Part shown: piece by piece, positions 63,544 to 64,000 of the stretch | Numbering within the stretch: the first letter of the stretch is position 1 | Layout: every line of letters begins with the position of its first letter | Source: an uncultured Rhodobacteraceae bacterium | Lineage (GTDB): Bacteria; Pseudomonadota; Alphaproteobacteria; Rhodobacterales; Rhodobacteraceae | Assembly (NCBI GenBank): GCA_947502145.1 | Contig: CANMYO010000006.1 | Coordinates: forward strand, 11,476 to 75,475 | Reading direction: 5' to 3' | DNA: 64,000 bases | Translations under genes and position numbers: made by a program | The notes under the pieces: model-generated | Told to the model about the DNA's origin: nothing | Databases searched by the model: none | Seen by the model: the letters and a program-made list of their open reading frames with translations, nothing else

Positions 63544-64000
63544 TGGGAAGCTCCAATCTCGGTTGCGCCGGGGAGGTAGAATTCTGTGATGCCGCGTTTG
63601 CCGTCGTGACGTCCGGCTTGGATGATCACATCGATGGAATTTTCGATGTATCGAACCATGTCGGCGTAAGTCATCGGGATCTCGGTCTTGAGCGCGGCGA
63701 TGGCGAGGCGCTGCACGGCGAGCTGCGGGGTTTCGGCATGGAGGGTGGTCATGGACCCGCCGTGGCCGGTGTTGATCGCCTCGAGGAACGTCATGGCCTC
63801 CTTGCCGCGCACCTCGCCGAGGATGATCCGGTCAGGGCGCATGCGCAGCGTCGCGGTGAGCAAGACATCGGCGGTCTGGAATTCCGCGTCGCGATTGGCG
63901 ATGAGGGTCACGGCATTTGGCTGGGTCGGCAGAAGCTCGGCGGCTTCTTCGATGGTGACGATGCGTTCTTCGGCAGGCACATGTGAGAGGATCTTACGCG
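63540..64000 (-). CDS. virB11: VirB11-family secretion ATPase (C-terminal part; gene continues beyond the window)
   Basis: ERIVTIEEAAEL ... LRMRPDRIILGEVRGKEA ... GHGGSMTTLHA are the Asp box, Walker B and His box. The frame stays open upstream of the tracked GTG (…RKILSHVPAEE) to position 64000. Confidence 0.8.
   Translation of the reverse strand, partial: RKILSHVPAEERIVTIEEAAELLPTQPNAVTLIANRDAEFQTADVLLTATLRMRPDRIILGEVRGKEAMTFLEAINTGHGGSMTTLHAETPQLAVQRLAIAALKTEIPMTYADMVRYIENSIDVIIQAGRHDGKRGITEFYLPGATEIGASQ

Noticed and set aside
1-64000. CRISPR arrays, tRNA, rRNA, retron or DGR-type elements
   Set aside because: No regularly spaced direct repeats, no cloverleaf-like or rRNA-like segments and no reverse-transcriptase ORF were seen anywhere in the window.

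Overview
The window reads as part of a GC-rich alphaproteobacterial repABC-type conjugative plasmid (Rhodobacterales/Rhizobiales-like), built from tightly packed operon modules. No rRNA, tRNA or CRISPR array was seen.

Order of modules:
- 0.07-4.6 kb: aapJQMP-like general amino-acid ABC transporter.
- 4.7-7.5 kb: AraC and LacI regulators and a CBM9-like protein, with repeated AAACCGGTTT operators.
- 7.6-9.5 kb: an ISNCY-like IS whose transposase carries one in-frame TAA.
- 10.6-19.1 kb: an ~8.4 kb accessory metabolic module bracketed by an inverted ~39-bp repeat. It holds a visibly AT-richer FAD-oxidoreductase/beta-helix/aldo-keto reductase/EamA operon and an aldolase/desaturase/PanB-like/Rieske operon.
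- 19.5-26.6 kb: a regulator-rich block of five consecutive exported small-fold proteins.
- 26.8-34.1 kb: the most unusual locus. It is a translationally coupled four-gene operon: a MORC-like GHKL ATPase fused to a histidine-kinase core, an atypical receiver-domain protein with an unknown ~450-aa C-terminus, a Dcm C5-cytosine methyltransferase, and an HNH nuclease. A small RHH gene sits upstream. I read it as a candidate two-component-gated, restriction-modification-like defence system.
- 34.5-36.7 kb: a RES-Xre toxin-antitoxin pair fused into an operon with an unknown 444-aa protein.
- 36.7-41.5 kb: leading-region-type genes (ParB-like nuclease protein, DUF736) among structured GC-rich spacers.
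- 41.8-45.7 kb: repA-repB-repC.
- 46.0-47.6 kb: hipBA.
- 48.1-53.8 kb: DUF2958, MobC, VirD2-type relaxase and VirD4.
- 53.9-61.3 kb: a cargo block with CobW GTPase, amidohydrolase, GYD protein, ProVWX-like transporter and GntR regulator.
- 61.5-64.0 kb: the start of a VirB6...VirB11 type IV secretion cluster that runs off the window.

All family assignments come from motif reading and memory of families, not from searches.
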